A stretch of DNA of 55,648 nucleotides from Syntrophorhabdus sp. (GTDB lineage: Bacteria > Desulfobacterota > Syntrophorhabdia > Syntrophorhabdales > Syntrophorhabdaceae), in the NCBI GenBank assembly GCA_034679045.1, contig JAXDBK010000038.1, forward strand, positions 1-55,648. Direction: 5' to 3'. How positions within the stretch are numbered: the stretch's first letter is position 1; every line of letters begins with the position of its first letter. Under the pieces are notes generated by a model. That model was not told the origin of the DNA, made no database searches, and worked only from the letters and a program-made list of their open reading frames with translations. The translations under genes were made by a program, and so were the position numbers. Of this stretch, positions 27,741-37,297 are shown piece by piece.

Positions 27741-28958
27741 ATGGCCCTGAACTTTTCGAGTATAGAAGCATTTATTGCTGAGAACCAGGAGCGGATGAAA
27801 GACAAATCCCTTCTGCGGCACGAGCGGTTTCAACTCCTCCAGGGACTGAGAGATAAGCTTCACCGTTCTCTTAATGATTACCTTCATTTTGAGAGTGAGC
27901 TTTCCTCGCTGGTTGTCGAAAGAATTGAGACTGCCCGAACCTATGAGGAATTGTTGAAATGCCATAAGAGGGCTGTTGCCGGGATTGAACGATTTTTTGT
28001 TGAGGAAGACACGGTAGTTGACGTGCACGATTTGTTCCGTATTGTCAGGGATTGTATTACCGTCCAGGTCCTCAAGCTTGTGGAGGAGGAAATGGTCGCA
28101 GAAGGATATGGTCATCCGCCGACGAATTATGTGTGGGTAGGGCTTGGAAGTGAAGGGCGCGACGAACAGACCCTTATGACGGATCAGGATAATATGATCG
28201 CGTACAGCGATGCAGGGGAAGAAGGTGACCGTTATTTTGCCACCTTCGCCAAGAAGGCGGTGGACGGGTTGTACGAAGCCGGGTTTGAGCGGTGCAAGGG
28301 CGGAGTCATGGCCTCTACGGAAAAGTGGAGAGGGTCCTTGACCGATTGGAAAAAAAGGATCGAACAGCGCATAGTCTATGAGGAGGGTATCTTTGAATCC
28401 CTCGATGTGATCATATTGACCGATGCCAGGACTGTCGCCGGCGACAAGAGTTTGCTGGTACAGCTTTTACACTGGTTTTTTGGGTTTCTTACCAAAAACA
28501 AGATGGTCATGAAGGACTTCTACACATCGGCGGTGCTGATGCCGACGGCTTTGAGCTTTTTCGGCAAATTCAAGACCGAAAAAAGTGGTGAATTCACAGA
28601 CATGCTGAATATTAAGCTCCTCGGCTGGGCCCCGCTGATCCTCGCCGTTCGTATGGTGGCGATAACGAACGGCATCTTTGAAACCAATACGTTGGGACGT
28701 ATCAGACGCCTTGGGAGAAAGAACGTAATCAAGAAGGACATGGAAGAGGACCTTTTGACGGCATATCTTACCTTCGTAAGGTTCAGGATCATGAATCAAA
28801 TTGCCAACAGAGACGGTAACCTTGCGGCCATGAACCATCTGAGGCCGGACATGTTGGGAACCGATGAACAGGCAAAACTGCGGAAAGCAATGAGAACAGT
28901 GGAAACTTTCCAGAAATACATTAAGGATACTTTGCTCTTCGGGCAATCTTTGGTGTGA
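27741..28958 (+). CDS. DUF294 putative nucleotidyltransferase (GlnD/GlnE-like NTase plus substrate-binding domain)
   Basis: GSEGRDEQTLMTDQDN motif, GFERCKGGVMAS..KW, DAR...GD, LNIKLLG, TNTLGRI. Confidence 0.88.
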   Translation: MALNFSSIEAFIAENQERMKDKSLLRHERFQLLQGLRDKLHRSLNDYLHFESELSSLVVERIETARTYEELLKCHKRAVAGIERFFVEEDTVVDVHDLFRIVRDCITVQVLKLVEEEMVAEGYGHPPTNYVWVGLGSEGRDEQTLMTDQDNMIAYSDAGEEGDRYFATFAKKAVDGLYEAGFERCKGGVMASTEKWRGSLTDWKKRIEQRIVYEEGIFESLDVIILTDARTVAGDKSLLVQLLHWFFGFLTKNKMVMKDFYTSAVLMPTALSFFGKFKTEKSGEFTDMLNIKLLGWAPLILAVRMVAITNGIFETNTLGRIRRLGRKNVIKKDMEEDLLTAYLTFVRFRIMNQIANRDGNLAAMNHLRPDMLGTDEQAKLRKAMRTVETFQKYIKDTLLFGQSLV

Positions 28959-28968
28959 GGAGGTATAG

Positions 28969-29340
28969 ATGAAGGTTGTAGAGTTGATGAACAAGAATGT
29001 TGTAACCTGTCATCCCTCAGAGAAGCTGCCGGTGATACTGAACAAATTTGAGCTTTTCAACATTGCCGGAATGCCGGTTTGCGAGAAAGGTCGGTTGGTA
29101 GGAATCATTTGCCAAAGCGATATTCTGAAAGGTCTGAAATCGGGCAACCTTGAAAATTTAACCGTGGCAGACGTGATGGTAACCGATGTAATCTTTGTGT
29201 CGCCCATGGAATCTGTCGTGACCGTTGCAACGCTCATGGTAGAAAAGCATGTTAACCGTGTACCCATTGTGGAGGATGATACGGTCGTCGGAATAGTGAC
29301 GCGAGGAGACATAATAAAAGCCGTAGCAGAGTGCGGATGA
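28969..29340 (+). CDS. Stand-alone CBS-pair protein
   Basis: Two CBS repeats (GMPV...LVGIICQSDIL; RVPIV...VVGIVTRGDII); GGAGG RBS. Confidence 0.92.
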   Translation: MKVVELMNKNVVTCHPSEKLPVILNKFELFNIAGMPVCEKGRLVGIICQSDILKGLKSGNLENLTVADVMVTDVIFVSPMESVVTVATLMVEKHVNRVPIVEDDTVVGIVTRGDIIKAVAECG

Positions 29341-29449
29341 TCGCAATCCCCGCTTGAAGTGCGACGCCTTCCATTTCGGGCCTCCGACTGGGAAGGGACG
29401 CACGCACACTGCGCGATTACATGGGCACCAATAGTCCAGAGGAGTTTCT

Positions 29450-29746
29450 ATGAAGATAACGCCGGAAGTAGTGGAATATGTGGCCCACCTGGCTCGGCTT
29501 GAACTGGAGCCCCGGGAAGTGGAGCTTTACGCAGCGCAGCTTGACAGGATACTCGAATACATGGATACCTTGAACCGTCTCGACACAGCGGGTATCGAAC
29601 CGACAAGCCATGCCGTGCCCATTGTTTGTGTGCTGAGGGAAGATGAGGTGCGAGATTCCCTTGTAGGTGGAGACTCCCTTCAGAACGCTCCGGAGAGGAA
29701 GGGAAATTTCTTTAAGGTGCCCCCCATTATAGAGGTGGAAGAATAA
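29450..29746 (+). CDS. gatC: Asp/Glu-tRNA amidotransferase subunit C
   Basis: VAHLARL, LREDE, NAP...FFKVP. Confidence 0.95.
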   Translation: MKITPEVVEYVAHLARLELEPREVELYAAQLDRILEYMDTLNRLDTAGIEPTSHAVPIVCVLREDEVRDSLVGGDSLQNAPERKGNFFKVPPIIEVEE

Positions 29747-29770
29747 TGCGGCTCGAAGAGGGAAGATAAA

Positions 29771-31231
29771 GTGGAAAACATTCTGGACATGACGTTGCTG
29801 GAGGTGCAGGAGGTTCTCAGAGAAAGAGAGATCACCGCAGTCGAACTAACGCAATTCTACCTGGAAAGAATCAGAAAACATGACGGCGCCGTCAATGCCT
29901 ATTTGCGTACGACTGAGGAAGAAGCCCTGAAGATGGCCAGCGATGCCGACGGTAAGATCAGACAGGGTGAGGGCAGGCCTCTTCTTGGTGTGCCTCTCGG
30001 CATCAAGGATATTTTTTGCACAAAGGGTATCGAGACAACATGTGCGTCCCAAATACTTAAGGGTTTTATCCCACCCTACGATGCAACCGTGATCAGGCGT
30101 CTCAACGAACAGGGGTATGTACACCTGGGAAGGCTCAATATGGACGAGTTCGCAATGGGATCATCGACCGAGAATTCCTCCTTTCAGGTTACGAAAAACC
30201 CTTGGGACCTTATGCGGATTCCCGGCGGATCCAGCGGCGGATCGGCGGCGTCAGTAGCCGCAGGCCTTTGCGCCGCAGCCCTTGGAACTGACACAGGCGG
30301 GTCCATACGACAGCCGGCGGGTCTGTGCGGGGTGGTAGGTATGAAGCCCACCTACGGTAGGGTGTCACGGTATGGCCTTATCGCCTTCGCTTCATCTCTT
30401 GATCAGATTGGTCCCCTTACGAAAAATGTCACTGATTGTGCTGTGATGATGAATGCCATAGCAGGGTACGATCCCATGGATTCGACCTCTATCCCCGAAC
30501 CTGTTCCTGATTACACGAAATATCTGGGCAGGGATATCAAGGGCATGAAGATAGGCATCCCTAAGGAATATTTTATCGAGGGCTTAGAGAAGGACGTGGG
30601 AGATGCAATAAAAGGGGCTATGGCCGTTTTTGAAAAGCAGGGCGCTTCGCTTGTCGATATTAGCCTTCCGTACACGGAATATGCAGTGGCAACTTATTAC
30701 GTCATCTGTACTGCTGAAGCATCGTCAAATCTTGCCCGGTATGATGGCGTGAAATATGGTCTTCGGTCAGAAGGGAAAGACATCATCGACATGTACAAGA
30801 AAACAAGACTGAAGGGCTTTGGAAAAGAAGTAAAGAGACGAATCATCCTCGGTACTTATGTGCTCTCATCGGGTTACTATGATGCATACTACGGGAAAGC
30901 CGGAAGGGTAAGGACCTTGATACGCAGGGATTTCGACGATGCGTTCAGGTCGTGCGATATGATATTGACCCCTGTTTCGCCTACGACGGCGTTTAAAATA
31001 GGAGAAAGAATGGAAGACCCCCTTGCCATGTATCTATCTGATATCTTTACAATACCCAGCAATCTTGCCGGCTTGCCGGCTCTGTCTGTTCCTTGTGGCT
31101 TTGATCGGAATAATCTGCCTATAGGGCTTCAGATCATCGGTCGGCCCCTCGATGAAGGGCGGATGATGCAGGCTGCCTACGTGTTTGAGTGCGAAAAAGT
31201 TGTGAAGAAGATACCGGCTGCCTTTCGCTGA
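29771..31231 (+). CDS. gatA: Asp/Glu-tRNA amidotransferase subunit A
   Basis: Amidase signature [39 protein letters not shown]. Confidence 0.97.
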   Translation: MENILDMTLLEVQEVLREREITAVELTQFYLERIRKHDGAVNAYLRTTEEEALKMASDADGKIRQGEGRPLLGVPLGIKDIFCTKGIETTCASQILKGFIPPYDATVIRRLNEQGYVHLGRLNMDEFAMGSSTENSSFQVTKNPWDLMRIPGGSSGGSAASVAAGLCAAALGTDTGGSIRQPAGLCGVVGMKPTYGRVSRYGLIAFASSLDQIGPLTKNVTDCAVMMNAIAGYDPMDSTSIPEPVPDYTKYLGRDIKGMKIGIPKEYFIEGLEKDVGDAIKGAMAVFEKQGASLVDISLPYTEYAVATYYVICTAEASSNLARYDGVKYGLRSEGKDIIDMYKKTRLKGFGKEVKRRIILGTYVLSSGYYDAYYGKAGRVRTLIRRDFDDAFRSCDMILTPVSPTTAFKIGERMEDPLAMYLSDIFTIPSNLAGLPALSVPCGFDRNNLPIGLQIIGRPLDEGRMMQAAYVFECEKVVKKIPAAFR

Positions 31232-31242
31232 ACCTGTATGTT

Positions 31243-31884
31243 ATGGACTTTTCCATCATAGAATCGAATGTACGCGGATTTCTCGGTTCCCTTAAGGGCA
31301 TGGGTATCGATTCTTACGCCTTTAACGACAAGAATGTCCCTACGCTCCAGGAGCTTCGCAGATCGGTGATGTCGTGCTGCAAATGCGCTCTCGCAGACAC
31401 AAGGAAAAATGTTGTATTCGGGGAGGGCAACAGCCGGGCCAGGCTCATTTTTGTGGGCGAAGCTCCCGGAGAGGATGAGGATATACAGGGAAAGCCTTTT
31501 GTCGGCAGGGCGGGCAAGCTTCTTGACCAGCTCATTGATCGAATCGGTCTACGCCGGAACGAGGTCTATATCTGCAACGTGCTGAAGTGCAGGCCTCCAA
31601 ACAACAGAGACCCGGAAACGGCTGAGATTGCGGCCTGCAAGGATCATCTTCTCATGCAGATACGTCTTGTGGCGCCGAAGGTAATTTGCACCTTGGGAAG
31701 GCACGCGTACAATACGTTGTTTGGTGCAGATGAGAGGATTACACGAGTCAGGGGAGCCCTGAAGGACTACAACGGTACAACGCTTCTGCCCACGTATCAT
31801 CCATCCTTTCTCTTGCGCAATCAGGACAAGATTAAAGAGGTATGGGAAGACATGGAGAGACTGAAGCAACTTCTAAAGGCATGA
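31243..31884 (+). CDS. Uracil-DNA glycosylase family 4 (Fe-S)
   Basis: CxxC, GEAPG, PFVGRAG, NVLKCRPPNNR, TYHPS. Confidence 0.93.
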   Translation: MDFSIIESNVRGFLGSLKGMGIDSYAFNDKNVPTLQELRRSVMSCCKCALADTRKNVVFGEGNSRARLIFVGEAPGEDEDIQGKPFVGRAGKLLDQLIDRIGLRRNEVYICNVLKCRPPNNRDPETAEIAACKDHLLMQIRLVAPKVICTLGRHAYNTLFGADERITRVRGALKDYNGTTLLPTYHPSFLLRNQDKIKEVWEDMERLKQLLKA

Positions 31885-32507
31885 AGATCATCAGCGCAGG
31901 CTATCTCAGAACTGTGACTCAACCGGCCGACCGAAAAACAGGTGATGTGCCTGAGGTTTGTTTTATAGGGCGATCCAATGTGGGTAAGTCTTCCTTGATA
32001 AACCGACTGGTCATGCAAAAGGTTGCAAGAACGAGCTCAACCCCGGGGGCAACGAAGGCTATCAACCTTTATGAAGTGTCCTATGATCATGGAGGAACGA
32101 GAAGACGCTGTATCTTGTCGGATTTTCCCGGCTTTGGTTACTCGAAGGTCTCAAAGACCACATACCGCGGTTGGGAAGCCCTGGTAGACGGGTATATTAC
32201 AGGCAATCGGTTTATCAGAAGACTGGTGTGGGTTCTCGACATAAGACGAGACCTGGATGAACTTGACGAAACGGTTTTTACATGGGTACAGGATAAGGGA
32301 CTGTCGTGTACCGTTGTTCTTACGAAAAGTGATAAAGAGGGCCGCGGCCATAACATAATGAAAAAGGAGCGTGTGGCTGCGAAACTTGCAACGAGCCCTG
32401 TATTTATATTTTCATCAAAAGATGGACAGGGAAGACAAGAGTTGCTGACCCACCTGCTGGCCGGATTCGATGCGTCGCAACCCCTCAATCGATCAACAAA
32501 ACACTAA
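31881..32507 (+). CDS. yihA: Ribosome biogenesis GTPase YihA/YsxC (EngB)
   Basis: GRSNVGKSSLIN, TPG.T, DFPGFGY, TKSDK. Confidence 0.92.
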   Translation: MKIISAGYLRTVTQPADRKTGDVPEVCFIGRSNVGKSSLINRLVMQKVARTSSTPGATKAINLYEVSYDHGGTRRRCILSDFPGFGYSKVSKTTYRGWEALVDGYITGNRFIRRLVWVLDIRRDLDELDETVFTWVQDKGLSCTVVLTKSDKEGRGHNIMKKERVAAKLATSPVFIFSSKDGQGRQELLTHLLAGFDASQPLNRSTKH

Positions 32508-32531
32508 TCAACCTGCCATAATACCAAATGC

Positions 32532-33077
32532 TTACTGCAAATCATTAATCGTAAATATTCGGTTAAATAGGTAACCTTTTGATTCTATTGCAGCTTTACC
32601 ACCCTCAAGCCTGTCAAGAATAGCCACGATCCCTTTCACTCTGTAACCTTCCTTCTCGGCTGCCTCAATGGCTTTTATCGAGGAGCCGCCTGTGGTGACC
32701 ACATCTTCGAGGATGACTACATTTATTCCCTTACGTAAATTTTTACCACCTTCCACCCAGCGGTTTGTTCCGTGTCCTTTGGGTTCCTTTCGAATAAGGA
32801 ACCCCCGGAGACCGTCTTTCTGCTCATACGCTGCAAGGACTACGGCGCATACGAGGGGATCGCCTCCGATACTAACACCCCCGACCGCTTCTGCGCCTGG
32901 TATTTCTCTTACCATGCCATACATAAGCTTTCCCACGAGGTGCATGCCTTCAGGATTCAGGGTGGTTTCCTTTGCGTCGATGTAATAAGTACTTTTTTTC
33001 CCGCTGGCAAGGACAAAATCGCCCTCTTCGTAAGACAATTTCTTGAGTATTTCTAACAGCCTCTGTTTGTCATTCAT
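32532..33077 (-). CDS. pyrE: Orotate phosphoribosyltransferase
   Basis: GDFVLASGKKS.YYID, RKEPKGHG, LEDVVTTGGS. Confidence 0.96.
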   Translation of the reverse strand: MNDKQRLLEILKKLSYEEGDFVLASGKKSTYYIDAKETTLNPEGMHLVGKLMYGMVREIPGAEAVGGVSIGGDPLVCAVVLAAYEQKDGLRGFLIRKEPKGHGTNRWVEGGKNLRKGINVVILEDVVTTGGSSIKAIEAAEKEGYRVKGIVAILDRLEGGKAAIESKGYLFNRIFTINDLQ

Positions 33078-33124
33078 TACGGTAGTTTGACCCCCTATCT
33101 TTTTTTACATTGCTAGGTGCGTTA

Positions 33125-34522
33125 TTATGCCCTCTGCGCAAAGAGCTCCATCTGATCCAGCTCCATGTCCCGCGGAAATTTCAAGGGATAGGAGCCTGAA
33201 AAACAGGCATCGCAGAAGGTGTAGTCAAAGGCATTATCCCGGTCTCCGATGGCCCTTGCCATGCCGTCAATGCTGAGGTATTGAAGGGTGTCGGACTCCA
33301 GATATTTGTTCACTTCTCCCACCGTATGGGAAGAGGCAATGAGCTCGCCTCTCGACGGCGTGTCGATCCCGTAGAAGCAGGGATGCGTGGTGGGTGGGGA
33401 ACTGACCCTGAAATGAACCTCTTTGGCTCCATATTGGCGGAGCATCTTTACGATCTTTCTCCCTGTGGTAGCCCTGACGATTGAGTCGTCTATAACGATG
33501 ATTCTTTTCCCCTTCACTAGATCGTGAACCGCGTTGAGCTTCAGTTTTACGCCAAAATGACGGATTGATTGCTCAGGTTCGATAAAAGTTCTTCCAACGT
33601 AATGGTTTCGGATTAAACCGAGTTCGAATGGTATGCCCGTCTCCTGTGAATATCCGATGGATGCGCCTATTCCGGAGTCCGGTATGGGGATGATCACCTC
33701 TGCATCTACATGGGCTTCCCTGGCCAACTCCCTTCCCATGGCCTTTCTCACCATGTAAACGGTTCGGCCGAAGACGCAACTGTCAGGGCGGGAGAAATAG
33801 ACGTATTCGAAGACGCAATGCCGTGGTTTTGCCCTGGTAAAGGGATGATAAGACTTGATTCCATCACGGCTAATATGGATGATCTCCCCAGGCTCGACTT
33901 CGCGAATATATGACGCCTCAACAAGATCAAAGGCACAGCTTTCGCTTGAGACGACATAGGAGTTGCGAAGTTTGCCGAGGACCAGAGGCCGAAAACCGTG
34001 GGGGTCCCTTGCCGCAATAAGCTCTTTATCAGTCAGGACGAGGAGGCTGTACGAGCCTTCGACCCTTCGAAGGGCGCTGATCAGGCGCTCAAGGGTGACG
34101 TGCTCGTGGGAGAGGGCGATGAGGTGGATGATAACCTCTGTGTCGGTTGTTGATTGGAATATGGAGCCGTAGTGCTGTAACTCGTCCTTGATCAACATGG
34201 CATTCATCAGGTTTCCGTTGTGAGCAATGGCAATGAAGCCTTTTGAATATTCAAACATAAGGGGCTGGGCGTTACCGAGATTACTCGATCCCGCCGTGGA
34301 ATACCTCACGTGGCCAACGGCGCCATATCCTTTAAGACCGGAGAGCACCTGCTTATCGAATATGTCGGACACCAGGCCCATCTCTCTGTGGGCGTGCATG
34401 GCGCCGCCGTCGGTACTTACAATGCCCGCACTTTCCTGTCCTCGGTGCTGAAGGGCATGGAGCCCGAGATAGGTGATATTCGACGCATCTTTATGGTTGA
34501 AAATACCAAATACTCCACACAT
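33125..34522 (-). CDS. purF: Amidophosphoribosyltransferase
   Basis: N-terminal MCG, LQHRGQE, GHVRYST, CVFEYVYFSRPDS, DDSIVRATT. Confidence 0.97.
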   Translation of the reverse strand: MCGVFGIFNHKDASNITYLGLHALQHRGQESAGIVSTDGGAMHAHREMGLVSDIFDKQVLSGLKGYGAVGHVRYSTAGSSNLGNAQPLMFEYSKGFIAIAHNGNLMNAMLIKDELQHYGSIFQSTTDTEVIIHLIALSHEHVTLERLISALRRVEGSYSLLVLTDKELIAARDPHGFRPLVLGKLRNSYVVSSESCAFDLVEASYIREVEPGEIIHISRDGIKSYHPFTRAKPRHCVFEYVYFSRPDSCVFGRTVYMVRKAMGRELAREAHVDAEVIIPIPDSGIGASIGYSQETGIPFELGLIRNHYVGRTFIEPEQSIRHFGVKLKLNAVHDLVKGKRIIVIDDSIVRATTGRKIVKMLRQYGAKEVHFRVSSPPTTHPCFYGIDTPSRGELIASSHTVGEVNKYLESDTLQYLSIDGMARAIGDRDNAFDYTFCDACFSGSYPLKFPRDMELDQMELFAQRA

Positions 34523-34523
34523 G

Positions 34524-35072
34524 TTATGTACCTGTTTCGAGGTTGCCGAACTCGTCTTTAAAAAATTCTATGATGTCGTGATCCATAAGACAGAAAATGA
34601 TTTCCTGGAGAGATGTGGGTGTTGCGGCGAGGTACGACACGACCTCGTGAACGATGAGATGGGCGCATCTGTCCTTGGGGAAACCGAAAATACCGGCGCT
34701 TATGGCGGGCATGGAAATGCTTTGGAACCCATTCTCGGTGGCGAGGACCAAGGTATTTCGGACGGCATTTTTCAGTTTTTCTTCTTCCTTGCCTTCACCC
34801 CACCGGGGACCCACAGCATGAATCACATGTCTCGCTTTTAACTTGCCGCCGGTGGTAACGGCGCATTCTCCCACTGGCACGTAACCGATACGGTTGCTCT
34901 CTTCCTGGATGGCGGGACCTCCCTTCCGGGATATGGCTCCGGCGACTCCCCCTCCGTGTTGGAGATACGAATTGGCTGCATTGACGACTGCGTCAACATC
35001 GCTTTCCGTTATGTCGCCTTTGACGATCTTAACGGTTGTGTCCTTGATTGAAATGCTTTTTAAAGTTTGCAT
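34524..35072 (-). CDS. Macro-domain protein (ADP-ribose binding/hydrolase)
   Basis: GDIT, VNAAN, GGGVAGAI, VIHAVGP, PAISAGIFGFP. Confidence 0.93.
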   Translation of the reverse strand: MQTLKSISIKDTTVKIVKGDITESDVDAVVNAANSYLQHGGGVAGAISRKGGPAIQEESNRIGYVPVGECAVTTGGKLKARHVIHAVGPRWGEGKEEEKLKNAVRNTLVLATENGFQSISMPAISAGIFGFPKDRCAHLIVHEVVSYLAATPTSLQEIIFCLMDHDIIEFFKDEFGNLETGT

Positions 35073-35180
35073 ACGCAAGGTCCTGTGATATGGCTGTAAT
35101 GGTGTGTCGTCCAGCTTCAGGGGCCGGCACAGTTCGTCTTTGAAGCCGACCCAGTAAATAGTGTAATATAAAATTCATCA

Positions 35181-37271
35181 ATGGAAAAGAAAAATGACAC
35201 TCTCCATGCTTCTGTTCGTTTCCTTAAAGGGGTCGGCCCGCGCATTGAGGGTATCCTGGCACAGAAAAACATCAGAACCATTGCGGACATTTTCTACCTC
35301 CTGCCCATACGATACGAGGACAAAGGAAACCTGCAAAAAATAAGCGAGATCAAGGGAGGCGAAAACGCCGTCATTGTGGCCACCGTAGTATCCTCTCGAC
35401 CTGTCTTCTTTCCCCGAACCCGGCGAAAAGCCTATGAGGCCGTCGTTTCTGACGGCACGGGAACGCTGGCGTTGATCTGGTTTAAGGTGATACTTCCCTA
35501 CCTGAAAGGGGTTTGCGCTAGAGAAAATGTCCTCTTACTGTCGGGACAGGTCCATCGTTTCGGCAACCGGCTCCAGATAGTTCATCCTAACGTCACTATC
35601 CTTGAGAGCGAGGCGGAGATTAAGGATTACACCGGTGTTGTTCCTGTTTATCCTGCGGTTGACGGCATAAAACAGGGGGTTTTGAGAAGGCTTGTTTTGC
35701 AAGCTTTTGACGATTATGGAGGTTACATAAGGGGTTTACTGCCTCAGGAAGCCGAGGCCGCCTTCGGTTTGATCCCCTTGCTGAAGGCCTTGAAGGGAAT
35801 TCATTATCCTGAAGGCAGTCCGGTGGGGGACGGGAGACCCAAAGAGTATGTGGATCGTCTCATCTTCGAGGAATACCTGCTGTTTCAGATTGCCGTCCAT
35901 CTCCGGAAAGGCGAGGTGAAGAGTCAGAAGGGGATCAGGTTTGAGGAGAATGGTGATCTCCACAGAAGATTTCACGGGGGGCTGACTTTTGAATTGACGA
36001 AAGCCCAAAGACGGGTGATGGCGGAGATAGGAAAAGATATGAGTCAACGGGAACCCATGAATCGACTCTTGCAGGGCGATGTGGGCTCGGGCAAAACGAT
36101 CTGTGCCCTCATGGCCGCCTGCATAGCTATTGATAGCGGCTATCAGGTTGCTTTTATGGCACCCACCGAAGTGCTGGCAGAGCAGCATTATCTCACCGTC
36201 CACAATGCATTGGAGGAACTTGGTGTGGCGGTGGCGTTTCTGCGAGGGGCTATGGGAAAGGAACGGAGCCAAGCCCTCGCAGACATTCAGGAAGGAAAAA
36301 CCCCTGTAATTGTCGGTACCCATGCCCTTATCCGGGATGATGTGAAGTTCGAGAATCTCGGACTTGTGATCATCGATGAACAACACCGATTTGGCGTTCT
36401 ACAGAAAAAAAGCTTAAAAGGGAAAGGGCGACGGCCGGATGTGCTGGTGATGACGGCGACACCTATACCGAGAACATTATCCATGGTTCTTTATGGAGAT
36501 CTTGATGTGTCGGTCATTGATGAGATGCCGAAGGGCCGCCGGAAGATATGGACAACAGTCTTCACTGATGAGAACAAGGAGAAAATATATGACCTTGTGG
36601 AGGTTGAGTTGAAGAAGGGACATCAGGCCTACATCGTGTATCCTCTCGTGGAAGAGTCGGAGAAAATCGAGCTTCTCAACGCAAAAAAAATGGCCGTATA
36701 CCTTCAAGAGCAAGTTTTTCCTTCCCGCAGTGTAGGGCTTTTACATGGTCGCATGAAGGCAGAGGAAAAGGAGCAGGTCATGGCCCGCTTTAAAAACAGA
36801 GGCATTGACATACTTGTGTGCACGACGGTTATCGAGGTGGGAGTGGATGCGCCGAACGCCACCATAATTGTAATAGAACATGCAGAGCGGTTTGGACTTT
36901 CTCAGCTCCATCAGCTCAGGGGAAGGGTAGGCCGGGGAATCAGCCCATCGAAATGTCTCCTCGTAAGCTCCGCTAAGAGGACGGATCTCGCTACCAGGAG
37001 ATTGAAGGTGATGGAGGAGACGGGAGACGGGTTTCAGATTGCAGAGGAAGACATGCGTTTGCGCGGTCCCGGTGAGATGTTCGGCGTGAGGCAATCAGGC
37101 ATACCCGAATTCAGGATAGGCGACATTGTGAGGGATGGTGACATTATGACCCTGGCCCGACGGGTTGGAGAAGAGGTGATACGCCAACTCCCTGACGCGG
37201 AGATTGCAAAAATCAAAGCACTTGCGGTCCGGAGATGGGGGAGAACCATGCACCTTTCTGATATAGCTTAG
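35181..37271 (+). CDS. recG: ATP-dependent DNA helicase RecG
   Basis: LQGDVGSGKT, DEQHRFGV, TATPIPRTL, QLRGRVGRG, RGPGE. Confidence 0.97.
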   Translation: MEKKNDTLHASVRFLKGVGPRIEGILAQKNIRTIADIFYLLPIRYEDKGNLQKISEIKGGENAVIVATVVSSRPVFFPRTRRKAYEAVVSDGTGTLALIWFKVILPYLKGVCARENVLLLSGQVHRFGNRLQIVHPNVTILESEAEIKDYTGVVPVYPAVDGIKQGVLRRLVLQAFDDYGGYIRGLLPQEAEAAFGLIPLLKALKGIHYPEGSPVGDGRPKEYVDRLIFEEYLLFQIAVHLRKGEVKSQKGIRFEENGDLHRRFHGGLTFELTKAQRRVMAEIGKDMSQREPMNRLLQGDVGSGKTICALMAACIAIDSGYQVAFMAPTEVLAEQHYLTVHNALEELGVAVAFLRGAMGKERSQALADIQEGKTPVIVGTHALIRDDVKFENLGLVIIDEQHRFGVLQKKSLKGKGRRPDVLVMTATPIPRTLSMVLYGDLDVSVIDEMPKGRRKIWTTVFTDENKEKIYDLVEVELKKGHQAYIVYPLVEESEKIELLNAKKMAVYLQEQVFPSRSVGLLHGRMKAEEKEQVMARFKNRGIDILVCTTVIEVGVDAPNATIIVIEHAERFGLSQLHQLRGRVGRGISPSKCLLVSSAKRTDLATRRLKVMEETGDGFQIAEEDMRLRGPGEMFGVRQSGIPEFRIGDIVRDGDIMTLARRVGEEVIRQLPDAEIAKIKALAVRRWGRTMHLSDIA

Positions 37272-37297
37272 TTCTGGGCCCCTTCTCTTCTCCCACA

